NCBI GenBank assembly: GCA_951406725.2
Contig: OX597827.1
Location: forward strand, 60,326,001 to 60,390,000
Length of the DNA: 64,000 nt
Direction of reading: 5' to 3'
From: Octopus vulgaris
Taxonomy: Eukaryota
How positions within the stretch are numbered: the stretch's first letter is position 1; each line of letters begins with the position of its first letter. The notes under the pieces were generated by a model. That model worked only from the letters and a program-made list of their open reading frames with translations. It was not told where the DNA came from and ran no database searches. The position numbers and the translations under genes were made by a program. Positions 1-13,202 of this stretch are shown piece by piece.

Positions 1-208
1 GGCCCGGTTTCCCAGTTTATATGGCGTATGTGTTCCCCAGACGCCAGTCCATCGCAGCGTTACTCATTTTTGCCAGCTGAGTGGACTGGAGCAACGTGAA
101 ATGAAGTGTTTTGCTCAAGAACACAACGCGTCGCCCAGTCCAGGAATCGAAACCACAATTTTAAGATCATGGTTCTGACACCATAACCACTAAGCCACGC
201 GCCTCCAC
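1..208 (-). mobile_element. tRNA-derived SINE (head plus conserved central domain), runs off the window start
   Basis: Minus strand reads GTGGAGGCGCGTGGCTTAGTGGTTA (A-box-like) ... GGTTTCGATTCC (B-box-like), then TGTGTTCTTGAGCAAAACACTTCATTTCACGTTGCTCCAGTCCACTCAGCTG, which is shared with the copy at 430-735. Confidence 0.75.
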
Positions 209-429
209 TGTATCAATATACAATTATATAAATGCTATAATCTGACCTGGTACCAGCTGTTAGCCTGTTTATACTTTTATAATTTTATACACGCAACTGC
301 TCGATTGAAACAGTGTCTATACCCAATCATTATACATCCATAATGTCCCAGCTTTTACAATGCAGTTCAAGTTGGAGTCTAGGCAGCAGGTCAGCCTGAG
401 CGTTAGCTATATGTACCAATTATCTTATG

Positions 430-735
430 TCATTAGACGTCGGACTTACAATCGTGAGGTTGTGAGTTCGATTCCCGGACTGGGCTGTGTATTGTGTTCT
501 TGGGCAAGACATTTTATTTCACGTTGTTCTAGTTCACTCAGCTGTAGAAGTGAGTTGCGACGTCACTGGTACCAAACTGCATCGATCTTTGCTTTATCCT
601 TGGATAACATCGGTGACGTGGAGAGGGGAGACTCGTATGCATGGATGGCTGCATACAACTTTTCCCGGACTTGTATCTCAGAGGGGAACATTCTAAGTGC
701 AATCCCATGGTCATTCGTGACCGAAGGAGGTCATT
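430..735 (+). mobile_element. tRNA-derived SINE related to 1-208
   Basis: GAGTTCGATTCCC B-box at ~464-476, followed by the same central domain TGTGTTCTTGGGCAAGACATTTTATTTCACGTTG..TCACTCAGCTG. Confidence 0.7.
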
Positions 736-792
736 GCTCTTTATATGTATGCTCTTTATATGTATGCTCTTTATATATATGTATACATATGA

Positions 793-904
793 GACGGCTT
801 CTTTCAGTATCCATAAACCAAATCTTCTCACAAGACTTTGGTCGACCCAAGGTGCCGCGCAATGATTTTGAAGCAAGCTTCTTAACCATACAGCCCCGCC
901 TGCA

Positions 905-907
<3 letters not shown>
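793..907 (-). mobile_element. SINE family A fragment (internally deleted)
   Basis: Reverse complement matches the AGGCGCAGGAGTGGCTGTGTGGTAAG...GAAAGAAGCCCGTC family seen nearly intact at 50774-51165. Confidence 0.6.
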
Positions 908-958
<51 letters not shown>

Positions 959-1721
959 TACATATACTGGATTCTAGGATCACGGCAGACTATCTGTAAT
1001 AAGTTATTTGTATTTGCATCAATAGGCACCAGTTTCAGTAGCTGAAAAAAAGATACAGTCATGTGATGTTTCCCTAAAAGTTATCTGTTATTCTTGCACA
1101 AACGAGATCAAGGAGCCGGTGAAATTCAACGTCCCCTGTTTGACATTTTCATTTGAAGTTTCTTTTCAGATTCTGTCAAGAAAGACATTAAACAATGTAG
1201 TGAAATACCCGCCACAAACAGTAAAATCAGAAACAGAGATATGTTACGAAAATTGTTCGAGATGTTGATGTAATAATGTTGCTGATAAAAAAAAAGATGA
1301 GCTACTCTAAATGATGTTACAGTGTATGACAATGACTGTACAAAGTGTTGGGGAGAAATCACTCTCAGTTGGTTAATATCTGTTAGGAACAGTGAAAGGT
1401 TTGAAAAGTTTGAGTTTCTAGGCGGCTTATACAAGCATGGACAGACCAGTTCAAAATTACTGTTAAAGAGAAATGCGTGAGAAATTGATATTCCTGGCCT
1501 CTCAGATGTATAAAGTTAACTACGATTGTTAGAGTGGGAATAAGGATTGGTGAAACAAATGCTTTTTCTCCTTCAAGTCATATTTTATGATCTTCTGTTT
1601 GAGTTTCGAGATAATTTTGATAACATGGAAATTTTAAAGTCCAACGCTTCACTACGACCAAAAGTTTCATCCCGCAGAAAAGGTTCTACACGTATATAAG
1701 TGTATTTATTTTTGTGTATTC

Positions 1722-2014
1722 TATCAGGCCATCCCATAAGTAATGTCAAAACTTGTATAGTTTCAATTTGTAAACGCTTTAACAAGTACGATTTTGACGT
1801 TTATAAGGAACCCCTTAACTTTTGGGGCTTAAAATTCGGAAAAAGGTTTTGCAAGGGATTATAATACTATCCATGTATAAAAACTTCCAAATTTTTTTTC
1901 CCTAATTTTGACAAAAAGGGTTCCTTATACACGTTAAAATACGATATTTTAGAAGGCAAGACTCACTTGTTTTCCTTATTTAAAATCCGGACATTACTTA
2001 TGGGATGACTGATA
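1722..2014. mobile_element. Tc1/mariner-type MITE containing a second nested MITE (1787-1946)
   Basis: Outer TIRs TATCAGGCCATCCCATAAGTAATGTC / GACATTACTTATGGGATGACTGATA with TA ends; inner TIRs TACGATTTTGACGTTTATAAGGAACCC / GGGTTCCTTATACACGTTAAAATACG. Confidence 0.7.
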
Positions 2015-2269
2015 TATCCATCACCTGGTTTAACACCACCACCTGTGCTTCTAGTGCCTTGAGCCGAGCCGATTCTATTGCAACCAGTTAGAATAGATCT
2101 TTGGTCTAGAAGGAACGTCATCCTTGTCTCTCACCAGTCTCAGAACCTAGGAAAATGGTCAGGTCATGGCCGCTGCCTTTCCTCCTCTGACAAAATCATT
2201 ATGAGAAAAATATTTATGTACATATAGAAATATATAAATACACACATTTAAATTGATTGATGGAAAACG

Positions 2270-2380
2270 AAATATATGTATATTCACTTACATATATACA
2301 TGCATACACATATGAATACATATACGCATGTATACCTATGTATATGTATACATATACATATCTGTATATACTCACACATT

Positions 2381-2453
<73 letters not shown>

Positions 2454-2808
2454 TTACAAATGTAAATGTATATGCATGTGTGTATATATGTACATATACA
2501 CATATGTAAGTGTTATATATACACATAGATATACTTCAGAAACAAAATCAAACGAAACTTCATACACAAACAAATCAACATTCCTGGGTGTGTCTGAAAA
2601 ACAAGATCAGACGACTGTAAGGAAGAAAATATAACACACACATACACACATATATATAATATACATGTATATATACATATGTACATATATATACGTATAT
2701 GCATATATACATGGATAAATACATACATACATACATACATACAAATACATACATACATACATACATACATACATACATACATACATACATACATACATAC
2801 ATACAAAC
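2270..2808. repeat. Compound (TA)n/(TACA)n microsatellites
   Basis: Directly visible; explains the YI/MYVC ORFs. Confidence 0.95.
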
Positions 2809-3002
2809 ATCTTCCTGTTTTTGCATTGTATTGAGAAATCTGTTTGAAATAACAAACACAAGACCTTTAGCTATGTTTGGTTTATTATTTCAGCTTCTTA
2901 TCCAATAACATGCGTTTGTTTATTCTTTCATTGCTTTCAGTCATTGGAGAATGGCCATGCTGAAGAATTGCCTTCAAGAGTTGAAAAGTTACATTCCAAG
3001 AA

Positions 3003-4248
3003 TAGTCCATGCTTTCAATGATGATAATCCGGACCGAAGTGTGGAGTTTTTGCGAGTGGTACCTTGCAAGGTGCGTACAAGATGATGCACAATTTTCAAC
3101 AAAGATTATTTTGTGTGACGAGAGAGCTGAACAACAGAAGGTCTTCAGAGAAGAAACCTTAATCAGGCAAGTGGTTCGGCCCTTAAATTCTTACACTCCT
3201 ACTGGAAACCCAAGAATGAGCATATTACGGTGAAACTTCTTGTTAATTTATTAGGAGTTACAGTATGGTATGGCTTATCATCAAAAGGATTAACAGGACC
3301 ATTTTTCTTACAGTACTATGATTGATGCCATATACTCGAAATTTCTGCGACAATTAGTCGTGCCAAACATTCAAGAGAACTTTGAATATGTGGAGTTTTA
3401 TTTCCTTCAAAATGAGGCGTCACCACACTAACATAGCAACGTAAGAACCTACATTCTTTTATCCTTTATTTATATTTTTATCTTTTACTTGTTTCAGTCA
3501 TCGGATTATGGTAATATATTTCTTTATTGCCCACAGAGGGCTAAACATAGAGGGGACAAACAAGAACAGACAAAGGCATTAAGTCGATTACATCGACCCC
3601 AGTGCGTAACTGGTACTTATTTAATCGACCCCGAAAGGATGAACGGCAAAGTCGTCCTCGCCGGAATGTGAACTCAGAACGTAACGGCAGGCGAAATACC
3701 GCTAAGCATTTCGCCCGGCGTGTGAATGATTCTACTAACTCGCCGCCATATTATGGTCATAATGAGGCTCCACTTTGAAAGGTTTTTAGTAGAATGAAGC
3801 AACGCAGTACATTTTCTAACGAGATTTTGCAAAATAGATGGATCGGACGAAGAGATTTTGTAGAATACACTCCGCATTCACCGGACATCCTACCACTATA
3901 TTTGTTTACGGGGATACTTAAAAGATAAAGTCGACGAATTGAGGGCGACCATTGAACGAAACGAATTGAGGGCGATAATTGAACGAAACGAATTGAGGGC
4001 GACGAATTGAGGGCGACCATTGAACGAGAATGCGCAAAAATACCGAATAAAATATATTTCTTGACGTTCGCGATTCCAACGTTTCGCCTTATTAGCAGTG
4101 TCAGGACCGGAACGTCATGAGTTTGAAAACAGGCGTTCATGAAAAATTAAATTCTGTCTGTAGATTCTCTTAAACTTTGAAAATGAAATGTATTTTAAAA
4201 CTGTATTTATAATCATTAAAAAAAATACATTTTAGTGGGACACCATGT
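3003..4248 (+). pseudogene. Degenerate Tc1/mariner-superfamily transposase (maT/DD37D- or Tc3-like), interrupted by SINE sequence
   Basis: Frameshifted peptides VHAFNDDNPDRSVEFCEWYL..FSTKIILCDE, GVTVWYGLSSKGLTGPFF, QNEASPH (QDGAPPH-like), NRWIGRR..EYTPHSPD, GYLKDKV, ELRATIERECA; TIR-like GTGGGACACCATGT at ~4235-4248. Confidence 0.7.
3519..3748 (-). mobile_element. SINE family B (tRNA-like head plus Nin-like domain)
   Basis: Minus strand GGCGGCGAGTTAGTAGAATC...GTTCTGAGTTCACATTCC..GAGGACGACTTTGCCGTTCATCCTTTCGGGGTCGATTAAATAAGTACC; near-identical copy at 60610-60842. Confidence 0.8.
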
Positions 4249-4270
4249 GCATATAAATATATATATATAT

Positions 4271-4271
<1 letters not shown>

Positions 4272-4350
<79 letters not shown>
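4272..4350. repeat. (AGT)n microsatellite
   Basis: Directly visible. Confidence 0.95.
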
Positions 4351-4459
4351 AAAACAGTTTGGTTCGCCATCATGCAACTTAGAGTTTCATATGCTTATCA
4401 CAAGAGGAACCGAGCTGTTGAGTGCCTCTGTCGTTTGTCCACCCGAATATATATATATA

Positions 4460-4535
<76 letters not shown>

Positions 4536-4541
<6 letters not shown>

Positions 4542-4787
4542 TGTTTCTTTTGTACACCACCTGTCTTCGTCTTTTGTTGGTTTTTTTTCGTAAACTCTCC
4601 CTATATATATATATATACAAATATGTGTGTGTGTGTGTGTGTGTAAATATATATGTGTGTGTATATGTATGTATGTATGTATGTATGCATATATGCATGC
4701 ATGTATATATATATATATATACATGCATGCATACATGCATACATACATACATACATACATACATACATACATACATACATACATACA

Positions 4788-4819
<32 letters not shown>

Positions 4820-4859
4820 CACACACATATATATTTACACACACACACACACACATATT

Positions 4860-4894
<35 letters not shown>

Positions 4895-5063
4895 AGAGTT
4901 TACGAAAAAAAAAAACAAAAGACGAAGACAGGTGGTGTACAAAAGAAACAGATGTATTAGTGTAACACTCAGGAATAGAAAAAGTCTTTTACGTTTCGAG
5001 CCTACAGAAAAAAAACAAGGAGAGGAAAAAATGTGTATAGTGGCTACCGATCTATCATGGCGA
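4536..5063. mobile_element. Foldback (palindromic) remnant of a probable Penelope-like element end with a truncated HHR motif
   Basis: 4538-4605 is the reverse complement of 4889-4956, and the microsatellites between them are also mirror-complementary; 4891-5063 is homologous to 21527-21730; minus strand has GTAGGCTCGAAACGTAAAAG at ~4986-5005. Confidence 0.6.
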
Positions 5064-5317
5064 ATGTATATATATATATATATAATAGCGACAGAAGCAA
5101 TATTAATACCAAAAGGTAATATTTGTCCCCACCTGAAAGTGACTATTGTGTTAGAACATAGAATACTGTGATCGTTACCATGGAAGAACCATATGTGATG
5201 CATCTAAGCGCTCGAGTTTATATCGCTAGCGGGAGATAATTTTCCACTATTGCCAACCCATATATATATATAATGTATATGCTTATACATGTGTGACACA
5301 CACAAACACATATATAC

Positions 5318-5475
5318 ACGGCTGGCTTCCGTATAATTTCTATCAGGCAAATTTACTTGCAAGACTTTGGTCGACACGGAGGATTATAGTAGAAGACTTT
5401 TGCCCATGGTGCCGCACTATAGGGACATTGTAACCACATGGTTACAAAACGAGCTTCTTAAACATTCAACCATTC
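5318..5475 (-). mobile_element. Diverged SINE family A fragment
   Basis: CAAGACTTTGGTCGAC..TATAGTAGAAGAC..TGCCCATGGTGCCGCAC..AACCACATGGTT matches the family A reverse complement. Confidence 0.6.
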
Positions 5476-5489
5476 TCTAACCTCGAAAA

Positions 5490-6038
5490 TATTGTGTTGT
5501 CCGGAAAGTTCGTGCTGATTTTTAACGGAAAGAAAAAGGTCAATAAATACCTGCCATTACATAATATGAACCATTTTGTTACACTATGCGTCTCCATCTT
5601 TCCTTTAACTTGAAAATACTCTCTTCCCAGAATTGAATTGGCAAAGAATTCATCAAGGTATCATTTTACGTCATCCAAGGAATTGAATTTTTTACCATTA
5701 AGACTATTCTGCAGAGACCTGAATAAGTGGAAATCCGAAGGAGCAATATCTGGTGAATATGGAGGGTGGCGTAACACATCCCAGCCGAGCTGCAGCAATT
5801 TTTGTCTGGTTCCCAAAGCATCAAGTACCGAAAATGAACTTTCTTATCTGCCATTTTAAAGGGTTACAGAATTAACACAGGTTATAGGAACATAAACTTT
5901 CTTCCACGAAAAGATAGCTTAAACTGTGCTCTAAATTGCGGTGTAGTCAAATCCTGTTTTATGGATTCAACAATGTTCTAAAATACGTCGAAAGGTAAGC
6001 TACTATAAATCGGAATGAACTTTCCGGACAACCCAATA
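5490..6038 (-). mobile_element. Internally deleted mariner (non-autonomous), copy 1
   Basis: TIRs TATTGTGTTGTCCGGAAAGTTC / GAACTTTCCGGACAACCCAATA; minus strand keeps the C-terminal transposase (LGWDVLRHPPYSPDIAPSDFHLFRSLQN); same structure as 17491-18053. Confidence 0.9.
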
Positions 6039-6344
6039 CATCTACAATTGAACCACACACACACACATCGAAATGTTACTATTTACAATATATTCCTTTT
6101 CTCAGTCATTCTTATGATATTAACCTTTACAGACAATTATCTCTAATGGTGGCAGGATTGCTTTATTCTTTTCTGTCAATTTTGTCCAGATCTTTATCTG
6201 AACATCACCTCTATCTTCATGCAAATATGTATACATGCATACATACCTAAATACAAACATATATGTATATATATATATAAGCAAGCATACATAGACACAT
6301 AAATACAAGCACACATACATATAGAGATATATACTTACATGTAT

Positions 6345-6345
<1 letters not shown>

Positions 6346-6432
<87 letters not shown>

Positions 6433-6440
6433 ATAGATAA
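6346..6440. repeat. (GATA)n microsatellite
   Basis: Directly visible. Confidence 0.95.
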
Positions 6441-7050
6441 ATACATGCAAACATACATGCATACTTATATACATACATAGATACTGACATACATGCTTAC
6501 ATGCATACACTCACACATTCTTGCATACATAAATACATACACGCATACATTAATCCATACATACAAGCATACATACATATATACACATACGTGCATAATT
6601 ATATATACACAAATTTATACAGATACATATACACATAAATAAATACATATTTATATGCATGTATATATATGTATATACATAAATACATAAATTCATATAT
6701 ATATATATATATGCATACATACATGCCCCATATCCTCTCGTCAGTGTAACGTCATTATAAAGATCAAGTCGAGACAGGATGTGACGTCACTAGCGATCTA
6801 GACATCTCAAACATTCATCCGGTACAGTTTTAATTGAATGGACTTAAGTCCATTCCTCAAGAATTATTGCAAAGTTTAATATATATATACATTGACACAG
6901 AGATACACAGAAACATTACAGACAAACACGTAAATATAGGATCATGCACATACACATTTACATACATTTGCATATATAGAACTGCTATATATATATATGT
7001 GAGTCTTCATTTATACATACATACATACATAAATGTTTGTGTGTATGTAC

Positions 7051-7090
<40 letters not shown>

Positions 7091-7121
7091 ATATATATAT
7101 ACATACAACATACATAAACAT

Positions 7122-7165
<44 letters not shown>

Positions 7166-7668
7166 ATTATGAATATATGTGTGTGTATGTGTGTGTCTGT
7201 CTGTGTGTTGAGGATTATGAGTGTGTACAAATGGGCATGAAAATGATTGATATACGATAGATATATAGTTACATGCCTTACGTACACACACGCGTGCGCG
7301 CACACAAACAAACACGGATACATCTATAAATATATAAATATATTTACATACCTAATACATGTATGTATATGTACATATATTTCATATTTGTGGACTGTAT
7401 GAAGGTATAGACGAAAGTGGAATGGTACGTACACATACAGTTATATATTCAAACGATGCATGAAATATATGCAGTGTAGCATGAGAAACCAGGAATTTGT
7501 TCTCGACCATTTTTCCTCGCCGCCACATATGAATATGGTAGTAAAAGTGTCATGGCACACCAGCTTTTCAGAAGCGTGTCTTGTTTGGTTTGTTTTGTTT
7601 TTAAGAATCTATTAAAATTAAAGAATTATTCCCACTCAAAACATTGACAGGCTCTCTAGCTCTAATAA

Positions 7669-8914
7669 CACTGGTTTACGAAAACTTTTTTGCTCTGAGG
7701 CAAGAATGTGAATAGGTGTTTTTTTTTTTTTGCTATGTTTGATGTGGTGAATTCAGTTTTCTGAACAGTTTTGCTCTGTCACTTCTAGTTTTTTTTGCTT
7801 TCACATAACCCATTTTAATTATACTGCATATACATTCAAAATATAATGTGTTTATTTCATCTGTTACAGAAGAAAAAAAAATCCCGCATAGATACAGAAC
7901 ATTGATGGAACGAAATTACTTGGATTTTACCAGGCACCCAACTCATAGTACAGCAGACAGTTAGAAGTGACTTTTTTTGACAATCTTGTGTACTTTGCCC
8001 CCGGGATGTCCCATGAAAGCATCCAGAAAAAAGTCCCCTATCATGTTGGGGGTTCCACTTGCCTTGGTAGTTATTCGCCATCTTAGTAATATCTTGGTGG
8101 AACCTTCCTCCTTGCTCATCACTCACTGCACCGAGCATCAGAGGGAAGAAGTTGAGGTGAGAGTAGGAGAAAGTGAATTTTGAGTGACATGGGCATCCCA
8201 TATCCTCATAAGACTGTAACTTCTCGACACACTCTCGGCATCTAGTAACTGCGTATTACCAAGGAAACCATGCGGACTGACTTAAATGCTTCCCACGCTC
8301 TCAGTTCCATTACGGTAAGAAGCACCTCAAAGTTCTTATCCTTCAGCACCTCTCAGATCTGAGGTCTGACGAAGATGACCTCCTTGAGATTAGCAGAACT
8401 CAGAGCTGGAAACAGAGTGCACAAGTGTTGGAAGGTAGCGCCATTTTTGTACATGGCCTTCACGAAATTCTTCATTAAACCAAGCTTGATGTGAAGAAGA
8501 AGAAGAAGAAGAAGAAGAAGAAGAAGAAGAAGAAGAAGAAGAAGAAGAAGAAGAAGAAGAAGAAGAAGAAGAAGAAGAAGAAGAAGAAGAAGAAGAAGAA
8601 GAAGCACCTTGTTCAGGCCCACCAGTGGATTTTCTTGAACACTGTCTTCACCAGGCACGAAAGTGCTCCTAGATCCCCAGTCCCTCTGCTTGTAGTGCTT
8701 GGACACAGCTCGGCTGTCCCAGAGACAAAAATCTGGAAAACAAAATAAATATTGATCATATATATGGTTATGTGAGTTGTAAAATCATAATAATCTATAT
8801 CTCAAAAACTAGAGGTGATGAGAGAAAACTGGTTTTGTATCTGAAATCAGCACCCCTAAAATTAGGCTAGAACAACTAATTTTATGTTTGCCTCAACTTC
8901 TCTATAAATCAGTG
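7669..8914 (-). mobile_element. Chapaev3-like DNA transposon, internally deleted, degenerate transposase
   Basis: Ends CACTG...CAGTG flanked by an identical 3-bp TAA (7666-7668, 8915-8917); minus-strand peptides HIKLGLMKNFVKAM..FQHLCTLFPALSSANLKEVIFVRPQI and SHLNFFP..GAVSDEQGGRFHQDITKMANNYQGKW; superfamily assigned from recalled motifs and termini. Confidence 0.7.
8494..8604. repeat. (GAA)n microsatellite inside the transposase remnant
   Basis: Directly visible. Confidence 0.95.
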
Positions 8915-9388
8915 TAATCTGTCCCGGAGAAACCTCTGAAAGAGATATGTGTTAAAAAAAAAAACACGCGCAGAGTTCACTCAAAATACTGTAAGTGGAT
9001 CGTCAGACGTTGTGTTTCGACTTCATTTGATCTCCTCAATGCGGAAAACCCTAGAACATTTTGAGCTATGTCGAAAAATATTTGTTCTGATATAGAAATC
9101 TACAAACAAAACATTCACTGATTTGTACAGAAGCAACCAGGTTACGATTAAATTAATATACACACTTGAAAGAGCATGAGATTACAATAACAATCTATAT
9201 AACATTTATAATGGATATACAAACGTGGAATCTCGTTGACTGCAACATTTTGAATGTTGTCAGTGATCGTCAGAAAGAATATTTCGACTTCATTTGGTTT
9301 CTTCAGTGTCGAAGATATTTTCTCTTAGACCAAATATTTCAACTAATATCGTCCTAAGTTTATATATACATACATTATGAATATAGTA

Positions 9389-9608
9389 TACGAGGGGCTG
9401 TTGAAAAGTTCCTGGCTTTAAGGGTATCTCGAATGTATTGGTTGGCAGTCCGACCTTCCGAGTTCTTTTACAGGGCTTGGAAAAACTGAAGGACCGCTGC
9501 AATAAATGTGTAAATCTGAAAGGGGAATGTATTTAATAAAATCATAACTAACTGATCCTCCTGTATTTACTTTTTCCAAAGTCAGGAACTTTTCAGCACC
9601 ACTTTGTA
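9389..9608 (+). mobile_element. Mariner-derived MITE
   Basis: TIRs TACGAGGGGCTGTTGAAAAGTTCCTGGCTTT / AAAGTCAGGAACTTTTCAGCACCACTTTGTA; encodes the mariner C-terminal remnant GLEKLKDRCNKCVNLKGECI. Confidence 0.8.
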
Positions 9609-9758
9609 CATCGTTATTTTAATCTAACGCTGTTTCAAATACGTATGTTAATTTAATTTTAGCCTAGCCAGCTTTTACAAGAATCAGTGAATGCTCTGTT
9701 TAAACATTATATCTGGACGTGCATTTTTTCGGCTTAGCTAAGAATGCCTCAGTATGCT

Positions 9759-9802
9759 CGTTACTGAGGAGACCAAATGAAAGCGAAACGCTGTGTCTGA
9801 TG
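9759..9802 (+). ncRNA. Degenerate hammerhead ribozyme motif (inverted homologue at ~8997-9044)
   Basis: CGTTA CTGAGGA GACCAAATGAAAGC GAAAC GCTGT GTC TGATG; core boxes present, helix II poorly paired. Confidence 0.45.
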
Positions 9803-10123
9803 ATCCGCCGATAATATTTTGAACGAGCTTTGTGTTTTTTAACTCACAAATATTTGTGAGAACTTTGATTTGCTCAAACCAAATTATTTAAACAAGCACC
9901 GTTCTACGTCTGTTTATACGTGTTTTTTTCTTTTATTTGTTTCAATCATAGGCCTGCAGCCATGCTGCAGAATTGAACGCGGAACCACATGATTACAAAG
10001 CGAATTTCTTAACCACAGAACCATGCTTGTTATACACATAGTTTACACTCCTCACCTGACTCCCGTCATTCTGATTTCGAATCTGATTGCAGGCCTTACA
10101 CTGGATTAGCAGCAGTACAACTG

Positions 10124-10545
<422 letters not shown>

Positions 10546-10859
10546 AAGAGACAGAGAAAAATAGTTTGGCAGGTAGGTAGGTAGGTAGGTAGGTAATAAA
10601 GATGAGTAGTTTTGTAAATAAAAAAAGCGGATAGGTCTCCGAGAAAGAAAGAAAGAAAGAAAGAAAGATAAAAAGAACAAAACCAAATAAAACCGATGCA
10701 TAACAAAATGGAGAAGCAGATGATAAATAAATATTTATTTATTTATTTATTTAGTTATTTACTTATTTATTTATTAAGCGCCTAGAAATTGCAGAATCGG
10801 CAGTGTCAGCCATTTTGCTGAGACAAGGACAACAGAATTTAAAGAGAATAAACATTAAT

Positions 10860-10993
10860 GGTAAGGAGGAAAGAAAGGAAAGAAGGAAGGAAGGAAGGAA
10901 GGAAGGAAAGCAACAAAGAAAGAAAGTGGAAAGAAAAGTGCGGAGACGAAGAAGTAAAAGATGAAAAAAGAAAGAGTAGTGGTGGTAGTAGTG

Positions 10994-11068
<75 letters not shown>

Positions 11069-11234
11069 AGAAGAAGAGGAAGAGGAAGAAGGAGGCGGAA
11101 GGAGGCGGAAGAGGAAGAAGTAGAACTTGAAAAACAGAGAGGAGTAGTAGTAGTAGTAAGAGGAAGAGGAGGAGGAGGAGGAGGAAGTAGAACATGAAAA
11201 ACAGATAGTAGTAGTAGTAGTGACGGTGGTGGTG

Positions 11235-11279
<45 letters not shown>

Positions 11280-11354
11280 ATGGTGGTGGTAGTAGTAGTA
11301 GTAGTGGTGGTGGTGGTGGTGGTGGTGGTGGTGGTGGTGGTGGTGGTGGTAGTG

Positions 11355-11392
<38 letters not shown>

Positions 11393-11417
11393 TTAAGAAC
11401 AACAACAGCAGCAGTAG

Positions 11418-11455
<38 letters not shown>

Positions 11456-11923
11456 AAAGACAAGAGTAGGAAAGGCGACCAAAAATACGTCTTGGATGAT
11501 GATAATAGCATTAAACAATAAATGGCAACTGCAACGAATAAGAAAAAAAACATGAATAAAAACGACAACAACAACAACAACAACAACAGCTATTACAGTA
11601 AATAACGTTAGGAACTGCAGCAATTACAACAACAAAAAAACAAAAAAAAAAAAGAAGATAATAAAATGATGAAATAAATAATAATAAAAAAAATAAAAGA
11701 TTGCACAAACTGCTGCAGAAACAAGAACAACAACAACAAAAGTAAAAAGAAGTAAAAGGAAAAAGGAAAAAGAGACATCAACAACTAAAGAGGAACGACA
11801 GGAAAGTGTGCATCTCTGTAGTTTCTTGCGAGGCAATTGCAAATGGCAGAGGAGAGCTTCAACAACCGTCCTCTCGTCTGATCACCTAAGCCATCATTAT
11901 CTTAAAATGTGGTCCTCGACTAT

Positions 11924-11954
<31 letters not shown>

Positions 11955-11976
11955 GCAATAACAAGAACAACAATAA

Positions 11977-12010
<34 letters not shown>

Positions 12011-13059
12011 CGATGAAACGTTTTACAAAAGGAGAAATTGATGAGAGTGGGAGCAGGAGGTGGTGGAGGAGGTGGAGGAGGAGGAGGAGGAAGAGAAGAA
12101 GAAGAAGAAGAAGAAGAAGAAGAAGAAGAACAACAACAACAACAACAACAATAACAACAAGTAGAAGAAGAACAAGAAGAAGAAAAAGAAGGAAAAGAAG
12201 AAGAAGAAGAAGAAGAAGAAACAACAACAACAACAACAACAACAACAAGTAGAAGAACAAGAAGAAGAGGAAGAGGAAGAAGAAGAAGAAGAAGAAGAAG
12301 TTATGGTGATGATGAGGAGAAGGAAGAGGAGGGGGTGATGAGGAGAAGGAAGAGGAGGGGATGGTGGTGATGAGGAGGAGGAGAAGGAAGAAGAAGGAGA
12401 CGAAGAAGAAGAAGAAGAAGAAGAAGAAGAAGAAGAAGAAGAAGAAGAAGAAGAAGAAGAAGAAGAAGAAGAAGAAGAAGAAGAAGAAGAAGAAGAAATT
12501 ATGGTGTTGAGGAGGAAGAGAAAAAGGAGGGGAGGATGGTGATAAGGAGGATGAAGAAGAAAAAAAGGAAGAGAAGAAAGATGACGGTGCTGACGACGAT
12601 GATGATGACAGTATGATAATGATGGTGACCACGACGACAATGATGGCAATGATGATGACGAGGATGGGAGGAGGGGATGGGAGGAGGAGGTGATGATAAT
12701 GATAAAGATGGTGATGATGATGATAATGACGATGACGATGATGATGAAGATGGTGATGTAGCTTACCGTTTCCACTGCCACCATCGACATCACCACCTCT
12801 ATCTCCAACACCACCACCACCATCACCGCCACCCCAACCGCCACTACACCAACTCCCAGGGCCCACCGCAAGGCAACCATCATGCGATTACTTCCGCTAT
12901 TGGAGAACTACCAGCTTCCGGCGGCACTTCTTCAACGTTTAATTAACAACGGCAGCAGTTCTGAGCGTGACGCGGGATGGCGGTTGATGTTTAGTAGTAG
13001 TAGTAGTGGTGGTGGTGGTGATAGCGATGGTATTGGTTGTAGCGGCAATGGTGGTGGTA

Positions 13060-13108
<49 letters not shown>

Positions 13109-13171
13109 TGCTGTTGTAGTATTGTTGAGGCTAGGGGTGTTATAGGTGGTGGTGGTGGTGGTGGTGATAGT

Positions 13172-13202
<31 letters not shown>

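Noticed and set aside
360-977. 205-aa ORF near the window start
   Set aside because: Runs through two SINEs and a (TA)n tract; no protein-like content
3934-4027. Repeated 27-mers as a CRISPR array
   Set aside because: No unique spacers, eukaryotic context, lies within transposase coding remnant
4378-4410. HHR-like GTGATAAGCATATGAAAC on the minus strand
   Set aside because: Both the core and the helices are too degenerate to distinguish from chance
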